The notes below the pieces were generated by a model. The model searched no databases and was not told where the DNA came from. It was given only the letters and a program-made list of their open reading frames with translations. The translations under genes and the position numbers were made by a program. A DNA stretch of 51,027 nt from Candidatus Altiarchaeota archaeon (GTDB lineage Archaea > Altiarchaeota > Altiarchaeia > IMC4 > SCGC-AAA252-I15): the NCBI GenBank assembly GCA_043813075.1, contig JBDRLL010000032.1, forward strand, positions 1 to 51,027, in the 5' to 3' direction. Shown one piece after another: positions 39,071-49,401 of the stretch. Each line of letters begins with the position of its first letter. The first letter of the stretch is position 1.

Positions 39071-40947
39071 ATGTAGACGCCGTCCTTTGAGTATACTTCC
39101 TTAAGGAAATAGCATCTGCTCATCTGATTGTCCAAGACATACTCGACGCTCAAACCAGTATTCTTCTGTTTCAAGCCGACGTCATTCAACTCTCTTATCG
39201 AATCAAGCTTGCCTTCACAGCGTCCCAAGAAATAGTTGTCCATCTCCTTCATCACTACATTATAATACGTCCCCCTCGGAGAAACCTCAACAACCTTGTT
39301 CCTGCTGACAGGGTAGACTGTGTTGGAAATCCTCAGTCTCGCTAGAATTATCCTACCCCCTCCGGAATATGATTCAAACCACTTGAGGGCCTCGTACTCC
39401 TCCATCTCCAGGAACTTCCGGTACCCTTCCCTCGGCTCGTAATAATCGTACACAAAGCTGCCTGCAATCAGCACCACGACAGCGCACGTGAAGTATCGCA
39501 TGGCCGGGTGCTTGCCAAGCTTCTTCTCGATGAAACGGAGTGAATACCATAACCCCATGCCAGACACCGGTATCATGAATATGAACGAATAGTATATCAC
39601 CCTCTCATACGCCATCAAGACGGTGTAGCCCTTCACCTGGTACAATCCGATTATCGCAAGGGACGGGATGACTCCGGAAGTCAGTATCGCATGCCTCCTC
39701 CCGAAGAAGACCACCATAAAACCGACGACAAAGAAGAGTAGGGACACCAGACGGTAGTGTTCTACCGCGAATTCCGGGGTATAAAGGAAATCCAAGTCAA
39801 GCATCTCCCCGAAAAAAATAAATTTAGTCACGAAATAACGCACCCTGTCCTCCAGGCCGCCACTGCCTATTAATGTGAAGAAATAGCTGAAGCTGACCAG
39901 CGGAAAAAGTATGTAAACAAGGGTGCCCTCAAGAAAGCCCTTATACGATTTTAGGACTTCCCTGACCCTGCTGCCGGGAGAACCCTTGGACTTGATGACT
40001 TCCATCAACGCCTTAAGTACGATGACTGCGGAATAAACAGATATAACCACATAAATCATCGCCCCTGCCTGGGGGTGGGTTAGCGAGGCTCCGAGAAGGT
40101 TGACGACGCCCACATAATGCATCCTGGAAAGCTCCCTACCCCCCTTCTCAAAACAGTACAACACAAAGTATATGAACGCGAAGCCCATCGAGTGCGGTAC
40201 CAGCAGCCACGGACCCAACAATACCATGCTCGTCCTCAAGCCTGCGAAAAACAATATGGAATAAAACGCGGGCCTGAAATCCTTCGCGACAGTTAATACC
40301 AGGGAATAAAGGTTAAGGCACGTTAAAAGCGTTACTAAAGCCGGCAGGTATGCGGTGGACAATACCGGCTCAAAACCAGACAAAATGAAGAACATGGCCT
40401 GTATGAAATGGAAGCCTGCCTCAAGCCCCACCGCAAGGTGCTCACGTTTATCCGCGAAGTTAGGGTCTACGAAAGTCAGGCCCCTCCTCTCCATGACCTG
40501 GACGCTCGAGGATAGGTGGGTCCACTCGTCTCCCTGATACGGTAGCGGGTATTCCGAGTGCACGCCCAGGGTGAGGAATACGATGAAGGCAAGGGAAAAG
40601 ACGAGAACCAGCGACTCTACAAGGCCATGCTCCCTCAGGCTTGGCTTCACCATCCCCCACCCCACATCCTCCCTCCTAATCAAGGCAGCCACAATCCTGA
40701 TTAACACCAGGAGTATGGACATTGACACGGACGCAAGCAGTATGCTGTTGAACGTCAACGGCTTCTTAAGCACAAGATTGAGGAAGAACATGGACAGCAT
40801 GTTGAGCGTCAAACCTGAAGTAGCCCCCACAGAAAGGAACTCTGGCCACGTGAAACCCCTCCTCATTATGTTCAATGCGAGGGCTAATCCGGGGAGTATC
40901 AGCACCGTTAAAGCCAGAATCAGGTTAGGAATGAAGTCCAAGACCAT
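39052..40947 (-). CDS. Polytopic membrane protein, probable GT-C-like glycosyltransferase
   Basis: Many TM segments; loop YPLPYQGDEWTH; C-terminal EVYSKDGVYIYRV. Confidence 0.65.
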   Translation of the reverse strand: MVLDFIPNLILALTVLILPGLALALNIMRRGFTWPEFLSVGATSGLTLNMLSMFFLNLVLKKPLTFNSILLASVSMSILLVLIRIVAALIRREDVGWGMVKPSLREHGLVESLVLVFSLAFIVFLTLGVHSEYPLPYQGDEWTHLSSSVQVMERRGLTFVDPNFADKREHLAVGLEAGFHFIQAMFFILSGFEPVLSTAYLPALVTLLTCLNLYSLVLTVAKDFRPAFYSILFFAGLRTSMVLLGPWLLVPHSMGFAFIYFVLYCFEKGGRELSRMHYVGVVNLLGASLTHPQAGAMIYVVISVYSAVIVLKALMEVIKSKGSPGSRVREVLKSYKGFLEGTLVYILFPLVSFSYFFTLIGSGGLEDRVRYFVTKFIFFGEMLDLDFLYTPEFAVEHYRLVSLLFFVVGFMVVFFGRRHAILTSGVIPSLAIIGLYQVKGYTVLMAYERVIYYSFIFMIPVSGMGLWYSLRFIEKKLGKHPAMRYFTCAVVVLIAGSFVYDYYEPREGYRKFLEMEEYEALKWFESYSGGGRIILARLRISNTVYPVSRNKVVEVSPRGTYYNVVMKEMDNYFLGRCEGKLDSIRELNDVGLKQKNTGLSVEYVLDNQMSRCYFLKEVYSKDGVYIYRVAL

Positions 40948-40982
40948 ATATAATATTATGTCTGCCGCATATTATTTAACTG

Positions 40983-41873
40983 ATGGGGATTAAGACCATT
41001 GCAGTAGTGCCTGCATTCAATGAGGAGTTCACTATCGGCAGCATCGTCACCTTATGCTACAAGTTCGTGGACTCCGTCATAGTCGTCGACGACGGGTCAA
41101 CCGACTATACGCCATGGATTGCTGAAAAAAACGGGGCCATCCTCGTCCGCAACACTGAGAACAAGGGCAAAGGCATCGCGTTAAAGGAGGGTTTCAAGAA
41201 GGCTTTGTCTGAGGGTGGTGACATCATAGTCACACTGGACTCCGACGGCGAACACCACCCTGAAGACATACCCCTGCTCATGAAGCCGATAATAGATGGT
41301 GAATGCGATATTACTATTGGCGTCAGGTATAGTGGCGGGAGGGGTAAGACTCCCTTGTACCGCCGGGTCGGGCAGAAGATACTTGACGCGCAGACCAACC
41401 TGATTGCGGAATCAAACTTCACCGACACTCAAAGCGGATTCAGGTGCTTCAGCAAAAAAGCATTGCTTAAGATAACACCCGACTACACCGGATTCGAGGC
41501 AGAGTCTTTCATGCTGATACACGCCGTGAAAAACGAGTTGACGGTGATAGAAGTCCCCATACTCCAGGAATACAGGAAGGACACGCCGACAATGGGCCCG
41601 ATATCCCACGGCGCTAGAGTGCTGGTGTCACTCATACAGTTCGTGGGTAGAGAGCACATACTACTGTCTTTCGGGACAGGCAGCCTCATGTCGTTCGTAA
41701 TGTCCATATTCTTCGCGTTCAGGACCTTCAACATATTCCTCCATTCAGCCACTTGGGCTTACGGGACAATATTCCTATCACTGGTCTTATTCCTGGTTGG
41801 CGTTTACATGTCAATGACAGGACTAGTACTCTTCCTAATGCACGAGAAAAAGAGCCAGGGGAAAAATCACTAA
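40983..41873 (+). CDS. GT2 glycosyltransferase (DPM1/AglD-like polyprenyl-phosphate glycosyltransferase)
   Basis: VPAFNEE, VDDGSTD, NKGKG, DSDGEH, DTQSGFR; two C-terminal TMs. Confidence 0.9.
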   Translation: MGIKTIAVVPAFNEEFTIGSIVTLCYKFVDSVIVVDDGSTDYTPWIAEKNGAILVRNTENKGKGIALKEGFKKALSEGGDIIVTLDSDGEHHPEDIPLLMKPIIDGECDITIGVRYSGGRGKTPLYRRVGQKILDAQTNLIAESNFTDTQSGFRCFSKKALLKITPDYTGFEAESFMLIHAVKNELTVIEVPILQEYRKDTPTMGPISHGARVLVSLIQFVGREHILLSFGTGSLMSFVMSIFFAFRTFNIFLHSATWAYGTIFLSLVLFLVGVYMSMTGLVLFLMHEKKSQGKNH

Positions 41874-43054
41874 AAAGCCTTCCCACCAAGGATTCTCTCA
41901 TAGACTCCAGCATACTGATCCGCTATCCTACTCCAGCAAAAAAACTCCTCCACCCTACTCCTCGCCTTCGAACCCAGTTCAGAAGCGTAATCCCCGTCAG
42001 ACAGTATCCTAATCAACGCATCCCTTATCCCCTCCACATCCCTCGGAGAGACTATGATGCCAGCGTCACCCACAACGTACGGCACACCCCCCATACTCGT
42101 CCCAACAACCGGCTTCCCGCACGCCATGGCCTCCGCGAATACTATGCCAAAGGATTCTAGACGGTATGTGGGCATCACGAAAACACTGCAGGCGGCATAG
42201 TACTGCGGCATATCCTCGTTCAACACCCTGCCGGCGAATACAATATCCCCAGCAAAACCAGTCTTCCCAGCGTAATCCTCGTAATCCCCCCTCACTTCGC
42301 CGTCACCAACAACAAGCAGCTTAACATCGTCAAAACCATCCATCCCCTTAAGCCCCTTGAACGCGTCAATCAGGTCTATAAGACCCTTGCTCTCTATGTC
42401 CGGATTAAGGTTGGCTGCGAACAACACTACCCTGCCGTCCAATCCAAAACGCTCCTTCACTCCACTACCGTCCGCATCAGCGTTGAAGACGTCAGCGTCC
42501 ACTCCATTCGGCACGGTCTCGCAGACATCTTCATATCCCCTAGTGTACTCTGAATTGGATAGAAATCCGGGGGAAGGAGTGGTTATGCTGGAAGCGTGAG
42601 CCAACCCACTCTTGAGGAATAACCTGTTGAACAACCATACGGCAGGCTTGTAAAACAAACCCCTACACTCGCTGGTAACGTCAACGCCCACAAGGTTCTG
42701 CAACGTAAAAACCATGGGCTTACCGTAAAATCTTGACGCCAATACTGCCAGCATGACTCCGATAGCGCTCGGAAACTGGACGTGCACGATGTCAGCATCC
42801 CTCACCGACCGGAAGAACCTCCCCAGCATCATAGTCACAGGTATCGGCAACTCATAGAAATAGACGGGACTGTTGAACGAAACCATCCGGAATCCCTCCC
42901 GCACCTGAGTGTCAGAATCCCGCAGCCTAGAAAAGCAGAATAGCGTGACATCATGGCCTGCCTCTGCCAGACGCCTGCAGACTTCCATGCTCGTCATCTC
43001 CACACCCCCGACAATCTCGAGCGGATTCATGTTCCCCACATGGACAATCCTCAT
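41870..43054 (-). CDS. GT4 glycosyltransferase
   Basis: GGVE, VPNGVD, ESFGIVFAEAMACGKPVV. Confidence 0.92.
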   Translation of the reverse strand: MRIVHVGNMNPLEIVGGVEMTSMEVCRRLAEAGHDVTLFCFSRLRDSDTQVREGFRMVSFNSPVYFYELPIPVTMMLGRFFRSVRDADIVHVQFPSAIGVMLAVLASRFYGKPMVFTLQNLVGVDVTSECRGLFYKPAVWLFNRLFLKSGLAHASSITTPSPGFLSNSEYTRGYEDVCETVPNGVDADVFNADADGSGVKERFGLDGRVVLFAANLNPDIESKGLIDLIDAFKGLKGMDGFDDVKLLVVGDGEVRGDYEDYAGKTGFAGDIVFAGRVLNEDMPQYYAACSVFVMPTYRLESFGIVFAEAMACGKPVVGTSMGGVPYVVGDAGIIVSPRDVEGIRDALIRILSDGDYASELGSKARSRVEEFFCWSRIADQYAGVYERILGGKAF

Positions 43055-43057
43055 GAC

Positions 43058-44053
43058 TCAAAACCTCCCTGCCGAATAAAGCACCGCAATAGTGCTCGGC
43101 AGCCTTAAGACGCCCTTAAGCAACCCCAGACACCAGGCTATGACACGCACCGTGAAAATCCCGACATAATACGGGAAATCTGAGATGCTGCCCGACAATC
43201 TCGCTGAATCATACAAGACTATAAGGGACTCTGCGCCCAGGAAGACAACACCAATCTTAAACAAAAACGGGTGCAGAAAGCCTGCTGACGCGAGAACCAG
43301 CCCGCTGACCATCAGAAACGGCTGGATTATCATACCACCCTTTGATATGTGGTCACCACCACTCCTGTTGAAATGCTTCAGATAAAGATAAGGCATGTAC
43401 TCAGCAGTCTTACACTGCTGCCTGAAAAAACCATTCCAGTCAGACCGGTGATGGTGATAGACGACCGCTGAAGGAACATACTTTATTCCCCCATACTTAC
43501 CTGAAAAACGGTAGCCGAAGTCAGTGTCATAGGCGACAGCAAGCCTCTCGTCAAACATGAACTCCCTCAACGCCTCGCTCTGAACGCACAAGTTCATGGT
43601 CGGCGCCCTGACTATAACCTCCCCAAAACACTTGAAACGATCCTCAAGCTCCCTGCCCACAAGCTTCTGAAACCTGCCGGAACCATCAGGCGTCGCGCAA
43701 AAGCCTGCGGAAGCCTTGTACTCCCCCATATTCAACACAAGCTCGCTAACCCACTTCCTATCCACGATTACGTCAGCGTCAGTGAAACAGGTTATGGGAG
43801 TCTCAACAAGGCTTATAGCGTAATTCGTGGTTACAGCAGCGTGACCCTCATGCTGGAACAAGTCGACGCGTCCCCCATACTCCTGCAGTATCTCCCACGT
43901 GCCGTCCACAGAGAAGCCGTCCACGATTATTATCCTACACCTGTCGTCAGGATAATCCAGCTTAAGCAGCGACTCAACACACTTCCTCACGGTATCCCTC
44001 ATGTTCCTGACGGGCACTATTATGGTCACTTCAGGCAGCTTGTCCATCATCAC
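43058..44053 (-). CDS. GT2 glycosyltransferase with C-terminal TMs
   Basis: IIVPVRN, VDGFSVDGT, FTDADV, AVVYHHHR...FFRQQ. Confidence 0.9.
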   Translation of the reverse strand: MMMDKLPEVTIIVPVRNMRDTVRKCVESLLKLDYPDDRCRIIIVDGFSVDGTWEILQEYGGRVDLFQHEGHAAVTTNYAISLVETPITCFTDADVIVDRKWVSELVLNMGEYKASAGFCATPDGSGRFQKLVGRELEDRFKCFGEVIVRAPTMNLCVQSEALREFMFDERLAVAYDTDFGYRFSGKYGGIKYVPSAVVYHHHRSDWNGFFRQQCKTAEYMPYLYLKHFNRSGGDHISKGGMIIQPFLMVSGLVLASAGFLHPFLFKIGVVFLGAESLIVLYDSARLSGSISDFPYYVGIFTVRVIAWCLGLLKGVLRLPSTIAVLYSAGRF

Positions 44054-45469
44054 CTACCGTATCAACCTCAACGCTATCCTAAAATCCTCCAGCACGCGAC
44101 TCAAGCTCCCCGCCCCACTAAGCCTCTTCCATATGAACGACGGGTTAAGATAGAACCTCCTGTAAGCCCTCCGGACAGCCTCCTCAAGGCTCGTCTTGCT
44201 GAAACCGGGATGCCCTATCGTAGACTCCCTGTAAGTGTCCGCAGGCTTGAAGTCCCCCGTCCCAGTCTTGAACCACCCTGAATCCAAGGCCACCCGGTAC
44301 AGTTCAGTCATAGGATGGGGTATGGCGATGCTGAAGGACACGTACTCTATATCCATCTCCCTCAGCTTCCTTACGGTCAAATCAATGTCCTCCTCAGAAT
44401 CCATGGGCGACACGCCCACGAGTATGTTGATTTTAGGCTCGATGCCGTGCTTCTTCAGCAAGCCAATAGCCCTCTCAACATCCTCCACCAGCAAGTCCTT
44501 CTTCACGAAGTCCAAGACCTCCTGCCGGAAGGATTCCACCCCCAAGTCAACATACTTGCAGTCAGACTCCGCCATCGCCTTAACCATCCCATCATCTCTT
44601 ATCGTATCCGCCCTCGCCAGGCAACCCCACTCCAAACCCAAGTCTTTAACACCCTCACAAATCTGGATGGTCCTCTCCCTCCCGTTAATGAAGTTGTCGT
44701 CAAGCACTGCAACAGACATGTAGCCCTCCCCCCTAAGCTGCCTGAACTCTTTTATAATGTTCTCCGGGGAACGCAACCCCACCTTCGGCTTACAATGGAA
44801 AAACCTCCTGCTCTCAATCTCCCTCGCGAAAGTATAGGACGACGGAATACAGTATATGCACCTGCCATAACAGTTCCTGCTCGCCATCAACGTGGCTGAA
44901 GGCCTGCCCAACAACTTCGGGTTATAATACAACTCCTTCCTAAGCAGGTGCCTGGCAGGGAACGGGAGCGCATCCAACTCTTCATTGGTCAGCAGCGGCC
45001 TAGGGGGATTATCCACCTTACCGCCGACACCCCTCCACGACAAGCCTAAAACCCTGTCAAACCCGCCATCAGCCTCCAGGCACCTGACGAGCTCCAGTAT
45101 AGTGTGCTCCGACTCGCCCCTGGCGACAAAACACCTGTCGTTCAACAAAAAATCTCCGGGACGGTAAGTCGGCTCAGGACCCATGAACACGACACTAGCA
45201 TACTCGCTGATGGTCTTAGCCCACCTCTTATCGTTCTCCTCAGACAGGAACACACTCTCTACGACATACAGTCCACCGTCAGAAGGAAAAGACTCCAGCT
45301 TCTCAGCCGGACAGTCTATGAAAGACACGTCATAACCCTCCCTCTCTAGGAGCGCGGCGGGATACAGCATGAATATGTTCTGCTGCGGGTAAATACCGTA
45401 ATTACACCCGAAAATCTTCTCTGGCGGAGGCCCGTCCCTGACGGGAGGATTGAGGAAAATAACCTTCAT
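44054..45469 (-). CDS. B12-binding radical SAM protein (class B methyltransferase-like)
   Basis: LPFPARHL, SRNCYGRCIYC, LRSPENIIKE, DDNF, GVES. Confidence 0.88.
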   Translation of the reverse strand: MKVIFLNPPVRDGPPPEKIFGCNYGIYPQQNIFMLYPAALLEREGYDVSFIDCPAEKLESFPSDGGLYVVESVFLSEENDKRWAKTISEYASVVFMGPEPTYRPGDFLLNDRCFVARGESEHTILELVRCLEADGGFDRVLGLSWRGVGGKVDNPPRPLLTNEELDALPFPARHLLRKELYYNPKLLGRPSATLMASRNCYGRCIYCIPSSYTFAREIESRRFFHCKPKVGLRSPENIIKEFRQLRGEGYMSVAVLDDNFINGRERTIQICEGVKDLGLEWGCLARADTIRDDGMVKAMAESDCKYVDLGVESFRQEVLDFVKKDLLVEDVERAIGLLKKHGIEPKINILVGVSPMDSEEDIDLTVRKLREMDIEYVSFSIAIPHPMTELYRVALDSGWFKTGTGDFKPADTYRESTIGHPGFSKTSLEEAVRRAYRRFYLNPSFIWKRLSGAGSLSRVLEDFRIALRLIR

Positions 45470-45523
45470 AGGTACTCGATATTATGTTAATAAGACTATA
45501 AATTATCAAACACGAACGCTAGA

Positions 45524-46516
45524 ATGACAGCCAGAATCTCGATAATCATCCCCGCATGGAGGGAGGAAAAAGTGCTGGCCCAAACCCTCCAGTCACTAGA
45601 CCACATGGATTACGCCCCTGGAGAGTACGAGGTGATAGTGGTCGCCGGCGGAGACGAGACCATACAAGTCGCAGAAGAAGAATCAATGGGGAAACCATGG
45701 ATGAGGGTCATCCCACAGAAACAGGATTCCGGGAAGAACCAGGCCATAATAGACGGCCTAAAAGAGTCAACTGGCGAGTTGATAGTCCTACTTGACGCGG
45801 ACACAATGGTCGAACCCAGCTGGCTGACAGAACTAGTCAAACCAATACTCGACGGCAGATTCGACATCGTGAACGGCGTATACAATCCGATAACCGAGAA
45901 CTGGGTTTCACGCTTCTACTTGATACAACGCGTATTCCTGGTTGAAAACAGGATGTGGAGGTTCCTGCACGGCGCCGCCTCCATAGCATTCCGAAAGAGC
46001 ATGGTGGATGGGAGAGAGACCCAATTCCTCAACCCCACAGTATACCGGGGCGTCGACCACCTACTATACATCAAGGCGGTTGAAGGCGGATTCAAGCCCG
46101 GTGTATCCGAGAATGCGGTGGTGAAAACAAGGTTCCCGACCACAATCAAAGACTTCCTGACGACAGAGTCACGGGCGGCGGACACGTCAATCCACCTGAT
46201 GCGGGAGACAGACACCCACGACGCTAGATTCATACTAAGCCCGTTAATAACCCTCTCGCTCGCGTCAACACTAACACTGCCCAGTCTCATGAAGATACCC
46301 CCACTAGCATTCCTCACAATATTCCTCATGAAAAACGCATACTCCTTCATAAAACACTTCAACAACCAGGGACTAAGAAGACTGCTAAACCCCCTATGCT
46401 ACATACAGTACATGCTCCTCAACATAATCGCCCACACGATATTCACCATCTCAATAATGAAAAGCATCCTCAGCCTAACCAGAATCAACAAACACTTCAA
46501 GGGCCCTAGGCCGTGA
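45524..46516 (+). CDS. GT2 glycosyltransferase with C-terminal TMs
   Basis: ISIIIPAWREE, GKNQAI, LLDADT. Confidence 0.85.
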   Translation: MTARISIIIPAWREEKVLAQTLQSLDHMDYAPGEYEVIVVAGGDETIQVAEEESMGKPWMRVIPQKQDSGKNQAIIDGLKESTGELIVLLDADTMVEPSWLTELVKPILDGRFDIVNGVYNPITENWVSRFYLIQRVFLVENRMWRFLHGAASIAFRKSMVDGRETQFLNPTVYRGVDHLLYIKAVEGGFKPGVSENAVVKTRFPTTIKDFLTTESRAADTSIHLMRETDTHDARFILSPLITLSLASTLTLPSLMKIPPLAFLTIFLMKNAYSFIKHFNNQGLRRLLNPLCYIQYMLLNIIAHTIFTISIMKSILSLTRINKHFKGPRP

Positions 46517-47612
46517 TAACCCCCTCGTACTCGCGGCCCAGGTTCTCAATGTCGAACGACCTTATCTTCTCGCTGCCTCCGGCACCGGACTCCAACGCCT
46601 TTTCGACTGCGTCCGCCAGGCTTTTCGCGTCGAAGTCGGTGTACGAGACGTTGTGGAGACCCCAAGACACCACCTGCTTCAGCCTGGTCGAGACCACCCT
46701 CTTGCCTGCCGCAGTAGCCTCTATAACCTTCATCGGGCACGATGCATCCCAGAACACGGAAGGCCTCTTAAGGCACAAGCCCACATCTAAAGCCTTATAA
46801 TACTCTGGCATCTGCTCGTAAGGCACCTGCCCCACGAAAACCACGTTATCCAGGCCCCTCGCACTCTTCTCGGCCGCAGCCTTCCCGACCGCACTACCCC
46901 TGCCGACGACAAGGAAGACCACGTCCGGGTTGGAGACCATTTCCGCAGCCTCAATAAGCAGCGACAGCTCCTCACTCGAATCATGGTTCCCGAAGAGCCC
47001 GATAATCTTTTTGCCTGCCCCAACACGCCCCCTAACCTCCTCTCCAGAAGCGCGTGAAAACAAATCCACGTCCACGGCGTTCGGTATCACACGCGCGCCA
47101 GGGAACCCAAGTCTATCACTCAAGACCTCGCCTACCACCACAACCTTATCAGTCCTCCCCACATACCCCCTCTGGATACCCCCTATCTCCCTCGCGTACT
47201 CCTCACGCCCCATCATCTCCCGCCAGAACGCGGGATGGTCGTCGCATACGTCGAGAACCAGATTCTCGCACTCCGGCGGCGGACACATGAAAGACCCTAC
47301 GACACAGTCGATACCCTCCTCCCGGACAATCCTGTTCACGTGCTTCAGGAAAACCTTGTTATTCAGCTCCCGGAGCCTACGGGAATACAAGGCCGGCGAG
47401 AAACGCGGGATATCATGCACAGTAATCCCGTCGTCCACCCACCTACGGTAGAAGAAACCCCGGACGTAATCCAGGCCAAGATAATCCCTAAACCCAAAGT
47501 AAGTGTTAACGTTAGTCACATGAACACTATGCCTCTCCGCAAGCCAACGGCAGAAGGCCTTGCAACGCTGCGGAAAACCCCAGGAAACATGCGGAACCCA
47601 CAAAACATTCAT
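46506..47612 (-). CDS. GT4-like (GT-B fold) glycosyltransferase
   Basis: IPNAVD, GQVPYEQMPEYY, CPMKVIEATAAGKRVVST; start taken at the ATG at 47612. Confidence 0.85.
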   Translation of the reverse strand: MNVLWVPHVSWGFPQRCKAFCRWLAERHSVHVTNVNTYFGFRDYLGLDYVRGFFYRRWVDDGITVHDIPRFSPALYSRRLRELNNKVFLKHVNRIVREEGIDCVVGSFMCPPPECENLVLDVCDDHPAFWREMMGREEYAREIGGIQRGYVGRTDKVVVVGEVLSDRLGFPGARVIPNAVDVDLFSRASGEEVRGRVGAGKKIIGLFGNHDSSEELSLLIEAAEMVSNPDVVFLVVGRGSAVGKAAAEKSARGLDNVVFVGQVPYEQMPEYYKALDVGLCLKRPSVFWDASCPMKVIEATAAGKRVVSTRLKQVVSWGLHNVSYTDFDAKSLADAVEKALESGAGGSEKIRSFDIENLGREYEGVITA

Positions 47613-47722
47613 GACAATAACAGATAAGAGCAAAAAGATAAAAACCTAGTTTATCCCACCTATATTAGTGCTGTTACTGCGTGCGTGTAGTCTTTTTGGT
47701 GGGTGCTAGTGGCAAAATCGTG

Positions 47723-47944
47723 TCATAACAACTTAAGGAATTCTCTAATCGATAAGCCCGTAGAATCTATTATCGCAGATAATGTGCCAGTATCCAAGGA
47801 TTTATGGAGGGGTACAACAACTTGAGAAAATGGATCCTCTCTCCTCAGAATAACATGTGAAGATCGTTGTCTTCTAACATAAAATCCTGTTTTAGATAAT
47901 GCCTTAACCACCTTATTGCCGGATATCCCTCTTGGAAGCTTCAA
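47723..47944 (-). CDS. hicA: HicA-family toxin
   Basis: GFYVRRQRSSHVIL...VVVPLHKSLDTGTLSAII. Confidence 0.9.
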   Translation of the reverse strand: MKLPRGISGNKVVKALSKTGFYVRRQRSSHVILRREDPFSQVVVPLHKSLDTGTLSAIIDSTGLSIREFLKLL

Positions 47945-48162
47945 TGTATGGAAACCTCCACATCCACGAATTTCTTATCTATCTCCTGGGGCACGGGAAT
48001 CCCATCCTCAATAAGGCACTCAATATAATCCCTCATAGCAGAAGTAAGATTCTTTATTGCCTCACTCCTAGTCTTCCCCTGAGAAACGCATCCCCTCATT
48101 ATCGGGCAGTGAGCCACGAAACCCGACTCACGACCTTTCTCAAGAACGATAGTATACCTCAT
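47941..48162 (-). CDS. hicB: HicB-family antitoxin (short form)
   Basis: FVAHCPIMRGCVSQGKTRSEAIKNL...EDGIPVP; 4-nt overlap with hicA. Confidence 0.9.
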   Translation of the reverse strand: MRYTIVLEKGRESGFVAHCPIMRGCVSQGKTRSEAIKNLTSAMRDYIECLIEDGIPVPQEIDKKFVDVEVSIH

Positions 48163-48228
48163 ATTATAAACTATTTACAACAACTATTTATATCATAAAA
48201 ACCCTCCTTTACCTTATAGTGATAACAA

Positions 48229-49224
48229 CTACCTTCCAAGTATCCCATACTTCTGCTCAAGCCCCTCTCGCACCCGGTTAATTATGCTCTTACCTGCCTC
48301 TCCAGACAGTCTGTCTGCGTATTCGAATCCCCTGTTAAACATCTTCAACGCGTTCCTTGCAGTGTCAAGACTCTTGACGTGCAGTCCGCCGGTGATGTCC
48401 TCGTGCTCGTCGCGCACGAACAGCATGAACTCGTCCGGCTCACGGCCAATCCTCTTGAATATCCCAGTGTCCAGCCCATGCGGGTCCTCCATGTATCTCA
48501 CGTCCAGTTTTTTGTTAGACTCCACCTGGTTCTCCAACTGGTTTATCACTGTATTGCATTCCCTGTACGCTAGCTTAGGGTCTCCGTAGACTCTGAAGGC
48601 GTGGTTGAACAAATAGTCCACATTCAGGTCTGTCAAGTACTTGACCTCCAAATCCTCCTTCTTAACACATCTGTTCCATAGTGCCTCGGTATACGGCTCT
48701 CTCGCCAGTCCATGATTCAGCTTCTGCGTGTAGGATATCATCGGGAAATTCGCGACAGAGTAGAACACTTCGGAGTCTTGAAGTAGTTCAGCCATCTTCC
48801 CATATAACTCGTCGTGGTCCAGGTATTCAACTATCGGCCTGTCCATCTGCCACGTCAACTTCCTGAAGTACTCGTCAGTGTCCTGGCAGGCCTTATCAAA
48901 CTCGGTCTGCTGTTTCTCCAGGTACCTCCTCTTCTTGCCGAGAGTATCCCTCAAACCATCTATGTCTACACTATAGTCTGCTTGACCGACCTTCTCCACA
49001 ATGCCTCTCTTTTGCAGTAGCTTAAGTATTGTGAACAGATTGGGTTTTAGTATCGGCTTCCCGTGTATCCTCTTGTACTCCTTCCCTATATCGTTGGGTG
49101 TGCTCTTGCCTGGAGTCTGCCGTATCTTATAGATTATCTTGACGATATCCAGCTGTTGCTGGGTCAAATCAAGCCATTTATGCAGTTCCCTGGCTTCAGG
49201 CATCATTCCTAGATTACACCCCAA
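48229..49224 (-). CDS. TrmB-like transcriptional regulator (N-terminal wHTH, coiled coil, sensor domain)
   Basis: LDLTQQQLDIV...NLFTILKLLQKRGIVEK...Y; start may be the ATG at 49206. Confidence 0.6.
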   Translation of the reverse strand: MGCNLGMMPEARELHKWLDLTQQQLDIVKIIYKIRQTPGKSTPNDIGKEYKRIHGKPILKPNLFTILKLLQKRGIVEKVGQADYSVDIDGLRDTLGKKRRYLEKQQTEFDKACQDTDEYFRKLTWQMDRPIVEYLDHDELYGKMAELLQDSEVFYSVANFPMISYTQKLNHGLAREPYTEALWNRCVKKEDLEVKYLTDLNVDYLFNHAFRVYGDPKLAYRECNTVINQLENQVESNKKLDVRYMEDPHGLDTGIFKRIGREPDEFMLFVRDEHEDITGGLHVKSLDTARNALKMFNRGFEYADRLSGEAGKSIINRVREGLEQKYGILGR

Positions 49225-49314
49225 AAAATAAAAAACACTAGTATAAACTATAATATAATCTTTTATTATACAAGTTTTTAAATCAATTTGCCACAGAATA
49301 GCATCAGGGTGGAC

Positions 49315-49401
49315 ATGGCAATACTAGCAATCGGCCTGATAATCATGGCCTTAGACTACTATCTCCTCAATATCCTGGGGAATAGGGGGGCGTGGGCGTG
49401 A
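49315..49401 (+). CDS. Candidate 28-aa single-TM peptide
   Basis: MAILAIGLIIMALDYYLLNILGNRGAWA*; SD-like AGGGTGG; stop overlaps the next GTG start (GTGA). Confidence 0.4.
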   Translation: MAILAIGLIIMALDYYLLNILGNRGAWA

